Positions 1 to 10,887 of a stretch of 64,000 bases of DNA are shown here, piece by piece; position 1 is the first letter of the stretch, and every line of letters starts with the position of its first letter. Source of the DNA: Microcoleus sp. (GTDB taxonomy: Bacteria; Cyanobacteriota; Cyanobacteriia; Cyanobacteriales; Microcoleaceae). The position numbers and the translations under genes were made by a program. The notes under the pieces were generated by a model. The model saw only the letters and a list, made by a program, of their open reading frames with translations, searched no databases and was not told the DNA's origin. The stretch spans positions 2,592,001 to 2,656,000 of the forward strand of contig CP181291.1 in the NCBI GenBank assembly GCA_052279835.1, in the 5' to 3' direction.

Positions 1-3000
1 AGACAGGGCCGCTGAAGTTGTAACCGCCGGCGCCGGAACCGAAGTTGTTCAAGCCACTGGGGTAAGTATTTCCCGCAGCAGTCAAGTCAACCACACTATT
101 AGAAGCAGAAACATTAGTATTACCAGCCGGGGCAGAGCCTAGGGAGCCTGTGAATACAAAGTCCGAAGTACCCAAACTCACCGCAGCAGTACCAAAGCTA
201 GCCACCGTGGTGGAACCACCCGGTGCAGTACCGTTGGAGTCAAACACCAACACAGTCTCGTTAGCTGCATTCGTAAATACGAAGAAACCAGGAGTGGTGG
301 AAGAGCCTAGAGCCTTAGCTTGAGCAGCTTGGACAGTGGCATAAGTACCGCCGGTGAAAATCACCAACTCTTTGCCCGTCACATCAGGAGCGCTACCGCT
401 AACAGCATCAAAGTTAGTTGTAGTCAAATTGCCGAAAGCACCGCTGACGAACTGCAATTTGTCAACTCCAAAGGCGAAGTCGGTAATGGTATCACCACCG
501 TCCAAGGGGCCATTGTAAACAAAGATATCTGCACCGGAACCGCCAGTGAGCAAATCTGCACCGATGCCACCGTTGAGAGTATCTGCACCGCTACCGCCAC
601 TGATAATATCAGCACCGGAACCACCGTTCAAAATATCAGCAAAAGCCGTACCTGTAACGTTATTTACACTGTCATTCCCGATGAACAATACAGGGCCACT
701 GAAATTGTAACCGCCGGCGCCGGAACCGAAGTTGTTAAAGGCGACGGGATAAGTATTTCCAGCAGCAGTCAAGTCAACAATACTGTTATTAGGCGGTGGA
801 GGTGGAGCAGAGCCGAGGGAACCTGTAAACACAAAGTCCGAGGTGCCCAAACTCACAGCAGCAGTACCAAAGTTAGCCACTGTGGTAGAACCACCAGGTG
901 CAGTACCGTTGGAGTCAAACACCAACACAGTCTCGTTGGCTGCATTCGTAAATACGAAGAAACCAGGAGTAGTGGAAGAGCCTAGAGCCTTAGCTTGAGC
1001 AGCTTCGACAGTGGCATAAGTACCGCCGGTGAAAATCACCAACTCTTTGCCAGTCACATCAGGAGCACTACCGCTAACAGCATCAAAGTTAGTTGTAGTC
1101 AAATTGCCGAAAGCGCCACTGACGAACTGCAATTTGTCAACTCCTGACTTAAAGTCAAGAATTTTATCGCCACCTTCTTTCGTTGTGGTGTAAGCAAAGA
1201 TATCAGCACCGCTACCGCCTGTTAGGAGATCCGCGCCGAGGCTGCCAGTAATCGTATCGTTGCCGTCACCGCCGTTGATGGTATCACTAAAATTGCTGCC
1301 AACAATGTTGTCATCGCCTCCTAAACCATCGAATTTAATTCCCGCTGGAGAAGTGCTGAAATTCACATTGTCAGGGCCGGGAGTACCGACAGGAAGATTT
1401 AGCGGTGGGCCAGTGAACACAAAGTTACTGACTTTGAAGCTAAATTTCACTGAGAAACTAGCGACAATATCAAAACGAAGCCCAACTGAATATACCAGCA
1501 CATTACGGCCAGTATCGGCATCTGTAAACTGACAGAAAGTAGGTCTTTCGGTATCGCCGCCCAAAGCTTTAAACCGCGCTTGCAAAGTTGCAATGCTAGT
1601 GACGGTGGTATCAGCGCTGAAGTCGAGCAAATTATTGCTGCCGATGATGCCAACAACAGAAGTAGCAGTAATCTCAATTCGGGTTAAGCTAGCAACGCTG
1701 AGACTAAAAGCAGCATTAGAGAACTCTAAAACATCGTCATCTTTAAAGTCAGTAATTAAGTCTGCGTCTGAAACTTTGGTGATGGCTTCGCGGGATTTCT
1801 TGTAAATAAACCGATTCTTCCCAGCACCACCACTGAGAATATTTGTGCCTTCCCCACCTTCTATGGAGTCATCGCCCTCATTTCCGGTTAATGTGTCATT
1901 CCCAGCACCGCCAATGATTTTGTCGCTGCCTATGCCACCTTCGATGGAGTCCTCGTCATCGCCACCTTCGATGTCGTCATCGCCTTCGTCGCCTTTGATT
2001 TTGCCCTTGCCTTTCCCTCCTTTTATTTTGTCGTTGCCTATGCCACCTTCGATCTCGTCATCGTCATCGCCGCCTTGAATATCGTCATTGCCTTCATCGC
2101 CTTTAATTTTGTTTTTACCCTTCCCTCCTTTGATCTTGTCTGAACCCTTACCACCTTTTATGTCATCGTCACCATCGCCGCCCTCGATGTCGTCATCGAG
2201 TACAGAACCGACAATGACTTGAGGAGCTGTATTGCCAGCAAAATTAAAGACTGTTTGAACAACATTCAAACTAAATTTCTGATTGGTGACAGTAGTTTTG
2301 CCGTCGGTAACTTTAAAGCCAAAACTAACTGCACCGGTGAAGCTAGCTACGCCTTGGAAAGTTAATGAACCGGCATTAATGTCTGCTTGGGAGAAGGTTA
2401 AACCTAGTTGTGTTACTTCTACTCCCTTTAAGAACAGTTTCCCACTGGTAGCAGGAGGTAGTTCCGTCAGCGTGAAGATAATGGCGTTGGGGCTTTGTTC
2501 GCGATCGAAAAACTTCAAATCGCTAGAAGTAATAGTCTGTGTTTTCCCGGAACCAAGAATAACATCGTTGTTAGCTTCCAGTCGCGGAGGAGTGTTAATC
2601 GGCGTTGGAGTTGTTACCGTATTGTTTGGGGCAGAAACAGTAACTCCCAAAAAGCTGGCGGCTTTGAGAATACTAGCGTTGACATTCAACAATAGCGCCA
2701 GCACAAAGTTACTGCTGCCACGAATTTCGGTATTGACGCCAACTTGGACAAAGGACAAACTGCTAAAATTTAAGCTGCCAGATACCAGAAATTTGTCATT
2801 TTCTGTGAAGTCAGTGATGACTGAATTTGGCCCAGAAGTGCGATCGCTAATGACAAAAATGTCATCTCCAGCACCACCGGTACAGGTATGGTTGCCAGTA
2901 CCGCCTACGATCGTATCGTTGCCAGAACCGCCCATCAAGGTGTCATCGCCAGAGCCACCGCCGACAACGCTATCGTCACCGTCGCCGCCGTCTATCATGT

Positions 3001-4027
3001 CATTACCATCACCAGCGACGATGGTATCCTTGCCTGCACCACCCATGCAAGTGTCGTCACCGCCGCCACCCATCACGGTGTCGTCGCCGTCGCCACCGTC
3101 TGTCATGTCATTGCCGGCACCGCCCATGAGACTGTCATCGTCAGCGCCACCGACAATACTGTCGTCGCCGTCATCGCCCATGCAAGTGTCTTTGCCGGCA
3201 CCGCCGATGATGGTATCCTTGCCTTCACCACCTGTCACGCTGTCGTCGCCGTCGTCACCCATGCAAGTGTCGTCGCCAATACCACCTACAACGGTATCGT
3301 CGCCTTTACCACCGTTAACTTGGTCGTTGCCGGTGCCGCCGTCGCAATTGTCGTTGCCTAGGTCCCCTCTGACGGTATCGTTGCCTTCGCCACCCTTGGA
3401 GGTATCGTTGCCTTTGCCACCGTAGACGTTATCGCTGCCACTGCCGCCATCAACGTCATCGTTGCCCTCGTTACCGTATACGAAGTCATCGTCATCATCA
3501 CCTTTGCAGGTATCGTTGCCGCTACCGCCAATAATGGTATCGTTGTCTTTGCCACCGAAGATGGAGTCGTTGCCGTTGCCACCGTCGCACTTGTCTTTAC
3601 CCCGATCGCCTCGGATTTCGTCATCGCCATCGTCACCATCGCATTTGTCGTCATCTTTACCGCCGTAGATTTTATCTTTGTCACGGCTGCCTTTTATCTC
3701 GTCTTTGCCTTTTTTGCCGAAGAGCGACTTGTTACCACTGGTGGCGGTAATTAAGTCATCGTCATCAGTGCCTTCGATGGTGTCGCCCTTTTCTTTGATG
3801 CCTTTGGTGTCAACCCTCCGATCGGCGCTACTTTCTTCGGGTGTGTCGTTAAATGCACTCTCCTTTTTGTTGTCAACGGTGTTGTTCAACTTTTGGGCGA
3901 TCGCCTCTTCAATTAATTTTGTGAAATCGGGCTCGGAGTTATCAGAGTCGGAACTTTCAACCAAACTATCACCTCGATCGGGAAACAGTGTCCCCGACAG
4001 ATTAGCCAACAACATTTCTTCTTCCAT
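1..4027 (-). CDS. Large RTX/hemolysin-type calcium-binding repeat surface protein with a cadherin-like domain; 3' end lies outside the window
   Basis: ATG at 4027 (MEEEMLLANLSGTLFPDRGD...). The frame is still open at base 1, so it is absent from the ORF track. Many GGxGxDx nonapeptides (e.g. GGSGNDTC, GGKGDDTV) and a cadherin/CSPG-like segment (LTFSQADINAGSLTF...FGFKVTDG) at about 2290-2570. Confidence 0.9.
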   Translation of the reverse strand, partial: MEEEMLLANLSGTLFPDRGDSLVESSDSDNSEPDFTKLIEEAIAQKLNNTVDNKKESAFNDTPEESSADRRVDTKGIKEKGDTIEGTDDDDLITATSGNKSLFGKKGKDEIKGSRDKDKIYGGKDDDKCDGDDGDDEIRGDRGKDKCDGGNGNDSIFGGKDNDTIIGGSGNDTCKGDDDDDFVYGNEGNDDVDGGSGSDNVYGGKGNDTSKGGEGNDTVRGDLGNDNCDGGTGNDQVNGGKGDDTVVGGIGDDTCMGDDGDDSVTGGEGKDTIIGGAGKDTCMGDDGDDSIVGGADDDSLMGGAGNDMTDGGDGDDTVMGGGGDDTCMGGAGKDTIVAGDGNDMIDGGDGDDSVVGGGSGDDTLMGGSGNDTIVGGTGNHTCTGGAGDDIFVISDRTSGPNSVITDFTENDKFLVSGSLNFSSLSFVQVGVNTEIRGSSNFVLALLLNVNASILKAASFLGVTVSAPNNTVTTPTPINTPPRLEANNDVILGSGKTQTITSSDLKFFDREQSPNAIIFTLTELPPATSGKLFLKGVEVTQLGLTFSQADINAGSLTFQGVASFTGAVSFGFKVTDGKTTVTNQKFSLNVVQTVFNFAGNTAPQVIVGSVLDDDIEGGDGDDDIKGGKGSDKIKGGKGKNKIKGDEGNDDIQGGDDDDEIEGGIGNDKIKGGKGKGKIKGDEGDDDIEGGDDEDSIEGGIGSDKIIGGAGNDTLTGNEGDDSIEGGEGTNILSGGAGKNRFIYKKSREAITKVSDADLITDFKDDDVLEFSNAAFSLSVASLTRIEITATSVVGIIGSNNLLDFSADTTVTSIATLQARFKALGGDTERPTFCQFTDADTGRNVLVYSVGLRFDIVASFSVKFSFKVSNFVFTGPPLNLPVGTPGPDNVNFSTSPAGIKFDGLGGDDNIVGSNFSDTINGGDGNDTITGSLGADLLTGGSGADIFAYTTTKEGGDKILDFKSGVDKLQFVSGAFGNLTTTNFDAVSGSAPDVTGKELVIFTGGTYATVEAAQAKALGSSTTPGFFVFTNAANETVLVFDSNGTAPGGSTTVANFGTAAVSLGTSDFVFTGSLGSAPPPPPNNSIVDLTAAGNTYPVAFNNFGSGAGGYNFSGPVLFIGNDSVNNVTGTAFADILNGGSGADIISGGSGADTLNGGIGADLLTGGSGADIFVYNGPLDGGDTITDFAFGVDKLQFVSGAFGNLTTTNFDAVSGSAPDVTGKELVIFTGGTYATVQAAQAKALGSSTTPGFFVFTNAANETVLVFDSNGTAPGGSTTVASFGTAAVSLGTSDFVFTGSLGSAPAGNTNVSASNSVVDLTAAGNTYPSGLNNFGSGAGGYNFSGPV
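3..1144. repeat. Intragenic tandem domain duplication (period about 675-687 bp) in the RTX gene
   Basis: Bases 3-469 closely match 690-1144 (acagggcc at 3 and 690; gtcaactcc at 461 and 1136). Confidence 0.9.
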
Positions 4028-4816
4028 CTTTAATTATTCCTGCAAACGAATTGATGGTGAAACTGGAATTATTTCCTGCTAAACTAGGAGCTAGAAAAAC
4101 ACTTTCAAGCTTCTTTATTTTGCCTACTACAGGGGTTCTGTGAGGCAATTTTTAGCAAGATATTCCTGTTTGATTGTAAAGGTTATATTTGGTAATTGCA
4201 AGTCTTTTTTTCAGGAATTACGTACTAACAATAATGGAGATGCTAAATACAGAGTAAGCTTGACCTTACACTACGTTTACTCGTGTTTCTGCGTATTTTC
4301 CACAGTTCAAGACCCTGATTTTAAATTGTCTACGTAATTCCCACAGTATAATTCGGTGAATTCTTACTTGCAATGTACAAAGCCCAGCCCATAACTACCC
4401 TAAACACTAAATCCTTAAAATTGAGCGGGCTTTTGAGAAATCTAGCAGGGATTATATTGAAATTTTGTAACAATCCCTTGACAACAATCTCTGGACAACA
4501 ATCCCAGTAATGATAAATTCCTACAGGTGCAGGATTCTAGGGACAGTGACTTAAAATTCCTGCTTCGAGTTCCCGATAATTAATTATTGTTTTATATAGT
4601 TTACTGATCAGAACATTTGTTTTTGTTGTGGATGTGGCAATCTCGTTGACCGCCCCTTTGCCCGATCGGAGTGGAAAAATATGTTTTTACCGCTAAGTAG
4701 TAAAAAGTACGCAAAATTATATCTATCTCAAGATAGATTATAAAAATATCCAGAGACAATGGAAAAGGTAAAAATGTAATATAGCCTTTCTAACTCTCCT
4801 ATGAGGTACGAGGGAG

Positions 4817-4976
4817 AATTGGTAATAGGTAATTAATTGGTAATGGGTAATTGGTCATGGGTAATGGGTAATTGGTAATTGGTAATTGGTAATAGGTAAT
4901 TGGTAATTGGTAATTGGTAATAGGTAATTGGTAATGGGTAATAGGTAATAGGTAATTGGTAATAGGTAATTGGTAA
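4817..4976. repeat. Heptamer tandem repeat (GGTAAT[T/A/G])n, cyanobacterial STRR type
   Basis: About 20 direct heptamer copies visible. Confidence 0.95.
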
Positions 4977-5668
4977 ATAGTAATTTTTTGATGGATGACG
5001 AACGACGGAGGGTTGAGATTTTAAATTGGGGATACTCGATAAAAATAAGCACAACCCCGCAGATTCATTGATGCCCCTGGTCTGGAGGGGGGCAATGCCA
5101 AATCCCCAATGGCAAATACCCAATGCTCAATCGACAGACCAATTAACTAATTGACACACTATTGAGATGGGAGATGGAGGGCAGATGGTAGAGGATAAGC
5201 GGTGGCGACATTTACCTCCCAGGCACTCTCCCCCAAAAATTACCTCAACTTTGTTAGCCATATTACCCTGAAACCGGTGGGTGAGAGTAGAAGTAATTCT
5301 AATAAGAACTAAAGATCCGCCTGGTAAAGTGCTCCCAAGTTAACTTCACCATGCAATGAAAAACTTGAGTTTACCGCCAATGTAAAGGGGTCTGTGGTAG
5401 AGGTGCAAAATGTCAAAAATAGGAATATTTAAGTTAAGTAAGCTTTCCAAGAGCCACAAGGCCATAAAAACTAATAAACTGTTATTAAAGTACAAGTTTT
5501 ATAACCTCAAAGTGTTTGAGCAAATATTTCGCAACCAGGCGATCGCCAGATGGGAAGACGCCGATTCAGAAACTTTGATTGAAAGAGTAAACATAAGTTG
5601 GTCAATTGTTATTGCTAGTGACAAAAACCTAGGAAAGTTCAGAATTGAGGCGGGAGGGCATTAAATCA

Positions 5669-7993
5669 GTGAGCCAAGAATTTAGACTGTCTGTCACCCC
5701 TGTTGGGGATGACGAATACTTTGTGCGGACAGAAAAGGTTGCACCCGGTGTACCCTTGGGAGAAGAAAGAGTCCGCTGGCCGATCAACCAATGGCTGGCT
5801 TTGTCTGCCGAACTGATGAATGACCCCTTAATGGGCTTGCTTCAGGGAAAAACCAGTCGCGTGCAGTCGCGATCGGCAAAAAATCCAGCACCAAATTTAG
5901 TCGCCCTCGGCCAACAATTACACAGTGGGCTATTCCAAGGGCGGTTGCGGGATAGCTGGACTTGCGCTCAAGGCATAGCACAGCACCGCCGAGAAGTGCT
6001 GCAACTGCGTGTGGGACTCAAAGACAGACGGTTGTCACGGTTGCCTTGGGAGGTTCTACACGCTGACGATCGCCCCTTGGCCACTGGCACTGATGTGGTC
6101 TTCTCGCGCTACCACACGGGTACAAACCTGTTAAAACCAACTCGCATTATTCCCAATAGCGGCCCGTTAAGGATTTTAATGGCGATCGCCTCTCCCAGCG
6201 ATCGAGACAGCTTGCAACTAAAGCGAGAAGTTCTTCACCTGCAAGAAGAACTCCAAAACCGGACTGCGAACCCCCTCAAACAGAACCTGCACGCGCCAGA
6301 GATTCAATTGACAATTCTCGAACAGCCCGATCGAGAACAATTAACCCAAGCCCTAGAACAAGGACACTACCAAGTTCTGCACTACGCAGGACATAGCAAC
6401 TTGGGTTCCAGAGGTGGCGAACTTTACCTAGTCAGCAGCCGCACCGGCTTAACCGAAACCTTAAGTGGCGACGACTTAGCAGGTTTGCTAGTCAACAACG
6501 GCATTCAAATGGCCGTATTCAACTCTTGCCGAGGCGCCTATAGCGATGCCTCAAACCAGGCAGAAGATAGCCCCGAACGCAACTTAACAGAAGCTTTGGT
6601 GAAGCGGGGGATTCCAGCAGTGTTAGCAATGGCAGAAAGCATCCCCGACGATGTGGCCCTGACTCTGACAAGGCTGTTTTACCGCAACTTGAATCAAGGC
6701 TATCCAGTGGATCTGAGCCTGAGTCGCGCTAGAGCGGGACTGATTACTGCCTACGGTTCTCATCAGTTATACTGGGCTTTGCCCATTCTCTACCAGCACC
6801 CGGAATTTGACGGCTATCTGACAGGTACTCCTACTCAACAAGGGACAGGAGATTCTTTGCAGCCCAAAAAATCCCTAGCGTCGGAAACGCAGCCACTGTT
6901 GGCTGGTGCCAAATCGAAGACTTGGAATTCCGCTACTGTTGAGCAAGAAGCAGACTGTGCTGATGGGGAAGTCAGGAGCCATTTTCCAGACAAATTAGGA
7001 TTTTCTAGGGATGGGCTGGAGCAAAATTCTGCACTCTCGACTGTAAATGCCCGGTCTCCACTTCCGGCAGCAATACCCCCCATTTCTACTCCTGGCTCTT
7101 CCCTTGTTACTACTCAACCAAGTCGCACTCAAGTAGCTACTGTCAAACCAATCAAAAAATTGGGATGGAAAAAATATCTGACTGTGGCGTTTTGTGCGTT
7201 GCCTCTGGCTTTGGGGGGTGGTTTTTTGGGGTGGCGGCAATTGCAAAACAGCAATTCCAAACCCGAAGAGTTATTACCAACGGTGCGGACTCCTATTTCC
7301 CAAGGTTATCTACAAATACAGCGGGTAAATTTGGCACAAACTCAGACTGCTAAAGTAATGGCGATCGCCCTCAACAACTTTCAGGCTGGGGAGACTTGGG
7401 CCGGTCTTAAAGCCACAGAAGCATTGCTCGATCGAGTAGCACTGCCACAGGCAGAAGGTGCTCTGCAAGCTGTCCCCAAATTTGCCCTAGATCAGCCAGA
7501 AGTTAATTTTCTTAAAGGTCGTTTGGCTTGGCAATTTCAACAAATCGGCAACAAAAAATACAGTGTTGACGACGCGAGGCGTTCCTGGGAGATCGCTCTC
7601 AAGGCGCGTCCACATTCTCTGAAGTATCGGAATGCTTTAGGTTTTGCTTATTATGCTGAAGGTAATTTCGAGCGTGCTTATCAAGTTTGGGCGGAAGTGC
7701 TCAATTCCATCGCACCGATTCCCAACAAACCAACTGCTTCTGTGTCTGTGCAAGCGGGCAATGATATTTTAACGGCGATCGCCGGTTTGGGAATGGTGAT
7801 GGCAAAACCTTTTCTCAACCTGACACCTCAACAGCAAGCAGCTCGTTTGACCAAAGCGATCGAATTTCGCCAACAAGTGATGGCTAGCGATCCGCTGAGT
7901 TTTGGGGCTGATGCCCTGGCGAAAAATTGGCTGTGGTCCGAGGCCGCAATTCGCGATTGGCAGTCCCTGCAAAAGTTGCAAAAAGCGCGATGA
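5669..7993 (+). CDS. hetF: HetF-like CHAT (caspase/HetF) protease with TM segment and C-terminal TPR-like region
   Basis: N-terminus (V)SQEFRLSVTPVGDDEYFVRTEKVAPGVPLGEE resembles HetF. HYAGH and FNSC catalytic motifs present. GTG start at 5669 preferred. Confidence 0.8.
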   Translation: MSQEFRLSVTPVGDDEYFVRTEKVAPGVPLGEERVRWPINQWLALSAELMNDPLMGLLQGKTSRVQSRSAKNPAPNLVALGQQLHSGLFQGRLRDSWTCAQGIAQHRREVLQLRVGLKDRRLSRLPWEVLHADDRPLATGTDVVFSRYHTGTNLLKPTRIIPNSGPLRILMAIASPSDRDSLQLKREVLHLQEELQNRTANPLKQNLHAPEIQLTILEQPDREQLTQALEQGHYQVLHYAGHSNLGSRGGELYLVSSRTGLTETLSGDDLAGLLVNNGIQMAVFNSCRGAYSDASNQAEDSPERNLTEALVKRGIPAVLAMAESIPDDVALTLTRLFYRNLNQGYPVDLSLSRARAGLITAYGSHQLYWALPILYQHPEFDGYLTGTPTQQGTGDSLQPKKSLASETQPLLAGAKSKTWNSATVEQEADCADGEVRSHFPDKLGFSRDGLEQNSALSTVNARSPLPAAIPPISTPGSSLVTTQPSRTQVATVKPIKKLGWKKYLTVAFCALPLALGGGFLGWRQLQNSNSKPEELLPTVRTPISQGYLQIQRVNLAQTQTAKVMAIALNNFQAGETWAGLKATEALLDRVALPQAEGALQAVPKFALDQPEVNFLKGRLAWQFQQIGNKKYSVDDARRSWEIALKARPHSLKYRNALGFAYYAEGNFERAYQVWAEVLNSIAPIPNKPTASVSVQAGNDILTAIAGLGMVMAKPFLNLTPQQQAARLTKAIEFRQQVMASDPLSFGADALAKNWLWSEAAIRDWQSLQKLQKAR

Positions 7994-9119
7994 TCCATCG
8001 AAAGTATTGAGCAATATTCTAGTGTTCTGATTCTCTCTATCCACTGTTAAAATGTACAATTTTTGTGACCCGATCGACAGGCCCACTCAGCCCAAATATG
8101 CTGGTGGGCAAGTGTCGATCGGCTTGTGCGATCGGGCAAATTGATTTAGGGAAGAACGCACAATTGGAGCCGAACAAAGCAGAAATTGAGGGGGAAATTC
8201 AACAAAATCAATGGTTTCAGCAATTAAAAAAGTCCTCATTGCCAAGGCATTTGCTCTACCTCTAGGGTGTTGGATCATTTTTGTACCAACAGTGAGGCTC
8301 AGGGACGACTTTGCCTTGGTGAATTTGTGGCTGATGCTGCTTTGGGAGCGACAACCTACAGGGAACCAGTAGAAATTCAGTACATTACTGCCGCAAATCA
8401 GTGCCAGGAACGGCTGTTAATTGGTGGTGTGGCCAATATTTTGCACTAGCTGTCAGGGCGGTTGCGCGATCGTTTGTACCAGTGCCCATTGAGTGCCTTT
8501 TGGGCTAAAACCTGTGCAACGGCTAGGGCAAATTTTACCCAACTCCGATCGGATTGCCATCCCCCTGGTCTGTTCTCTACAAGTTATATGGTGAACAGTT
8601 TAATAGAAGATTCCTCCCAGGGATTTGGGGTTTTGAGGTCATTCCAGGGGCGAATAACTGGCTTTTCGAGTAGGTGCCAGTGCCATTGACAATCAGTACC
8701 GCTTCATCTTGTTGAGGTAAAATTTGGTAAAATTTCATCCCGCAGCGATCGGCGGTTTCCACAGATTTCCTCTACCTGGTACCCTAGGTATTTCCAGCGA
8801 TCGCGCTTGGCTTTTTACTTTAATGGCAGACCCGATCGGGGGACTGGTGAAAGCTGCTGAACAGACTTTACTCTCCAAAAGTAAACTCTTTAATTTGCAG
8901 CAACAATCCCGGAGTCGATCTCCGTCGCGAGCTCAATCATCAGGATTGAGCAGCAAATATATCACAGATCCAGCATCTTTAGTTTCAGACCAGACCTTGA
9001 GGCCGCAGAAATTAATCCAGAATCTTAATATTCAGAATTCTTAGTATTGACAGTCAAACAAAGTTCATCTAATGTGTTGTAATTGATATAAGTAAAGTCC
9101 AATAAGCGAGGTACGGTCA

Positions 9120-9530
9120 ATGGCAGAAACAGCAACAGCACCCTTAACAGGAAAAGGTCTGCTTCAAAAAATCAAAGGCAGCGATTTGCCACGCAGAGAA
9201 CTGGCAAAGCTTTGCGGCTACTTCACAGTGAGCAAGAGTGGAGAAACTCGGATTAACTTGGCTGAGTTTTACGATGCAGTGTTAGCTGCTAAGGGAATTG
9301 AGCTAGAGAAGTCGAAAGCTGATGGACGCGGACGAGAAGCCAGTTATCGAGCTAGCGTTCACAAGAATGGTTCCATCGTGATCGGGGCAAATTACACCCA
9401 AGAAATGGGATTAAAGCCCGGAGACGAGTTTGAAATTAAACTCGGATACAAGCACATTCGCTTGATTCAGATCGATGTGGACAGAGCTGATGTAGACATG
9501 GACGATCAAGAGGAGGATACAGAAGAATAG
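9120..9530 (+). CDS. Cyanobacterial AbrB-like transcriptional regulator (cyAbrB)
   Basis: LTGKGLLQK...CGY...RASVHKNGSIVIGANYT...GDEFEIKLGYKHIRL signature. Confidence 0.9.
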   Translation: MAETATAPLTGKGLLQKIKGSDLPRRELAKLCGYFTVSKSGETRINLAEFYDAVLAAKGIELEKSKADGRGREASYRASVHKNGSIVIGANYTQEMGLKPGDEFEIKLGYKHIRLIQIDVDRADVDMDDQEEDTEE

Positions 9531-9620
9531 CAGCGAACCTGATGCAGTCAGCCGATGGTAAGGCGACTAAATTTGGCATTCACTGTATGAATATTTGCGC
9601 GCCAACCTTCGATTTAACTG

Positions 9621-10088
9621 ATGAGCTGTCTTGACTATTTCTATTTTCTCTTGTCTCGCAAAGACTACAGTGCCTCTGAACTTCGCAAAAAGGGGCAAGA
9701 GAAAGGTTTTGGCCAGGTCGAAATATTGGAGGCGATCGCGCAAATTCAAGACCGGGGCTATCAGTCCGATACTCGCTTGGTGGCAAACTCGATCGCCTCT
9801 GCTGCAGGCAAATACGGGAAGTCTGCCGTCAAGCGCAAGTGCTTGCAAAAAGGAATTTCCAGCGATTTGTTCGAGCAAGTTTGGGAGGAAGCATCTGCAG
9901 AAAATGTAGACTCCGAAGTAGAAAAACTTGCCGGATTAAAAGCCAAAGTCATGCGAAAATACAAGATTGATACTTGGGATAAAGTAGATCCAAAGACCAA
10001 GGGTAAAGTCTTGAATTACCTCCAATACAGGGGGTTTAATCCCTTTGAAATTTGGGAGCAGTGGCAGCAGGAAGAAGCAGACGAGTAA
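9621..10088 (+). CDS. recX: RecX family regulatory protein
   Basis: LLSRKDYSASELRKK...GYQSDTRL...YGK...YLQYRGF pattern. Confidence 0.8.
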   Translation: MSCLDYFYFLLSRKDYSASELRKKGQEKGFGQVEILEAIAQIQDRGYQSDTRLVANSIASAAGKYGKSAVKRKCLQKGISSDLFEQVWEEASAENVDSEVEKLAGLKAKVMRKYKIDTWDKVDPKTKGKVLNYLQYRGFNPFEIWEQWQQEEADE

Positions 10089-10244
10089 TTTACTAGGACC
10101 AAGCTCGATTTCAGAAGCCCCCAGTTCGGCCAACTTAACTGTACTGCTGTTTTGGGGGTCCTATTCTATGTTGTCAGTTTTTCTAACTATGGGACTTAGA
10201 TGGAAATGGCAAACAAACAGGTGGTAGTCCCCAACTGGCAATTT

Positions 10245-10635
10245 TTAAAATTCGTACATCTGTTTGTGTCTGGCTAAAAGCTGTAGATATTTGGGGTTAT
10301 TTTTGGCCAGCATCCATTTCTCTTTAAAAATAGTGGCAGATTCCGCTTTCTCCGAATCCGGTGCCAGGGGCAAAATATTTTTACGGGTTGCGGTTTGTGC
10401 TTCAACAGAGTCCAGATTCTGAGGATTCTGCTGGTATTTTTTGCCGATGAAGGTGGTTCGCATAGCGCCGCGATCGAGTATAGCCTATTTGCAAAAACTT
10501 GCGGGCCATATCCGCTCCTACAAAATCTTGGCGATCGAGATACTCTAAAAACAGAGAGTAAATTTTGCTACTGGACTCCGCGGCAATTTCAGGAGTCTTA
10601 AATCTCCAAAAAGGCAAAATTTCTCCTTTATAGGG
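10245..10635 (-). pseudogene. DUF4385-family gene, 3' part (IS-interrupted and frameshifted near 10450)
   Basis: PYKGEILPFWRFKTPEIA...DFVGADMARKFLQ...RRYANH, then continues GKKY...KAESATIFKEKW in another frame. Confidence 0.85.
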
Positions 10636-10887
10636 TAGCGAGCAGCAAGCAAAATAACTCAACATTTGTGGTAAAACCTTTACAAATCTCTTGATGGTAT
10701 GCTATGTTTATACTATAGGGGTCAAATTTATGTTGAGGCAAAAAGTTGTTCGTGTTACAGCCACGCCCGTTTGAACTTGAAGATGGGTCAATATTCCCTC
10801 ATGCAGTTGAGTTGGAAGATGTGCCTAGTCCAGAAGAGTTTCAGAAGTTCTATGACCATTGGTTTTCTATCTTTGAGGATTTAGCCA

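Noticed and set aside
320..4082. Plus-strand ORFs (221 aa, 380 aa and others)
   Set aside because: These are antisense shadows of the repetitive RTX gene; their Ser/Pro richness mirrors its Gly/Asp codons.
4833..5123. ORFs with PITYY/PITNY repeats, and the similar extension of rlmD to 51716
   Set aside because: They are translations of heptamer repeats.
5150..5420. NsiR1-like sRNA array upstream of hetF
   Set aside because: Only two short GGTAGAGG matches are present, with no periodic repeat units.
8000..9050. Gene or pseudogene in the 1.1-kb gap before cyAbrB
   Set aside because: Several short ORFs are present but none has a recognisable motif. A decayed gene cannot be excluded without a translated search.
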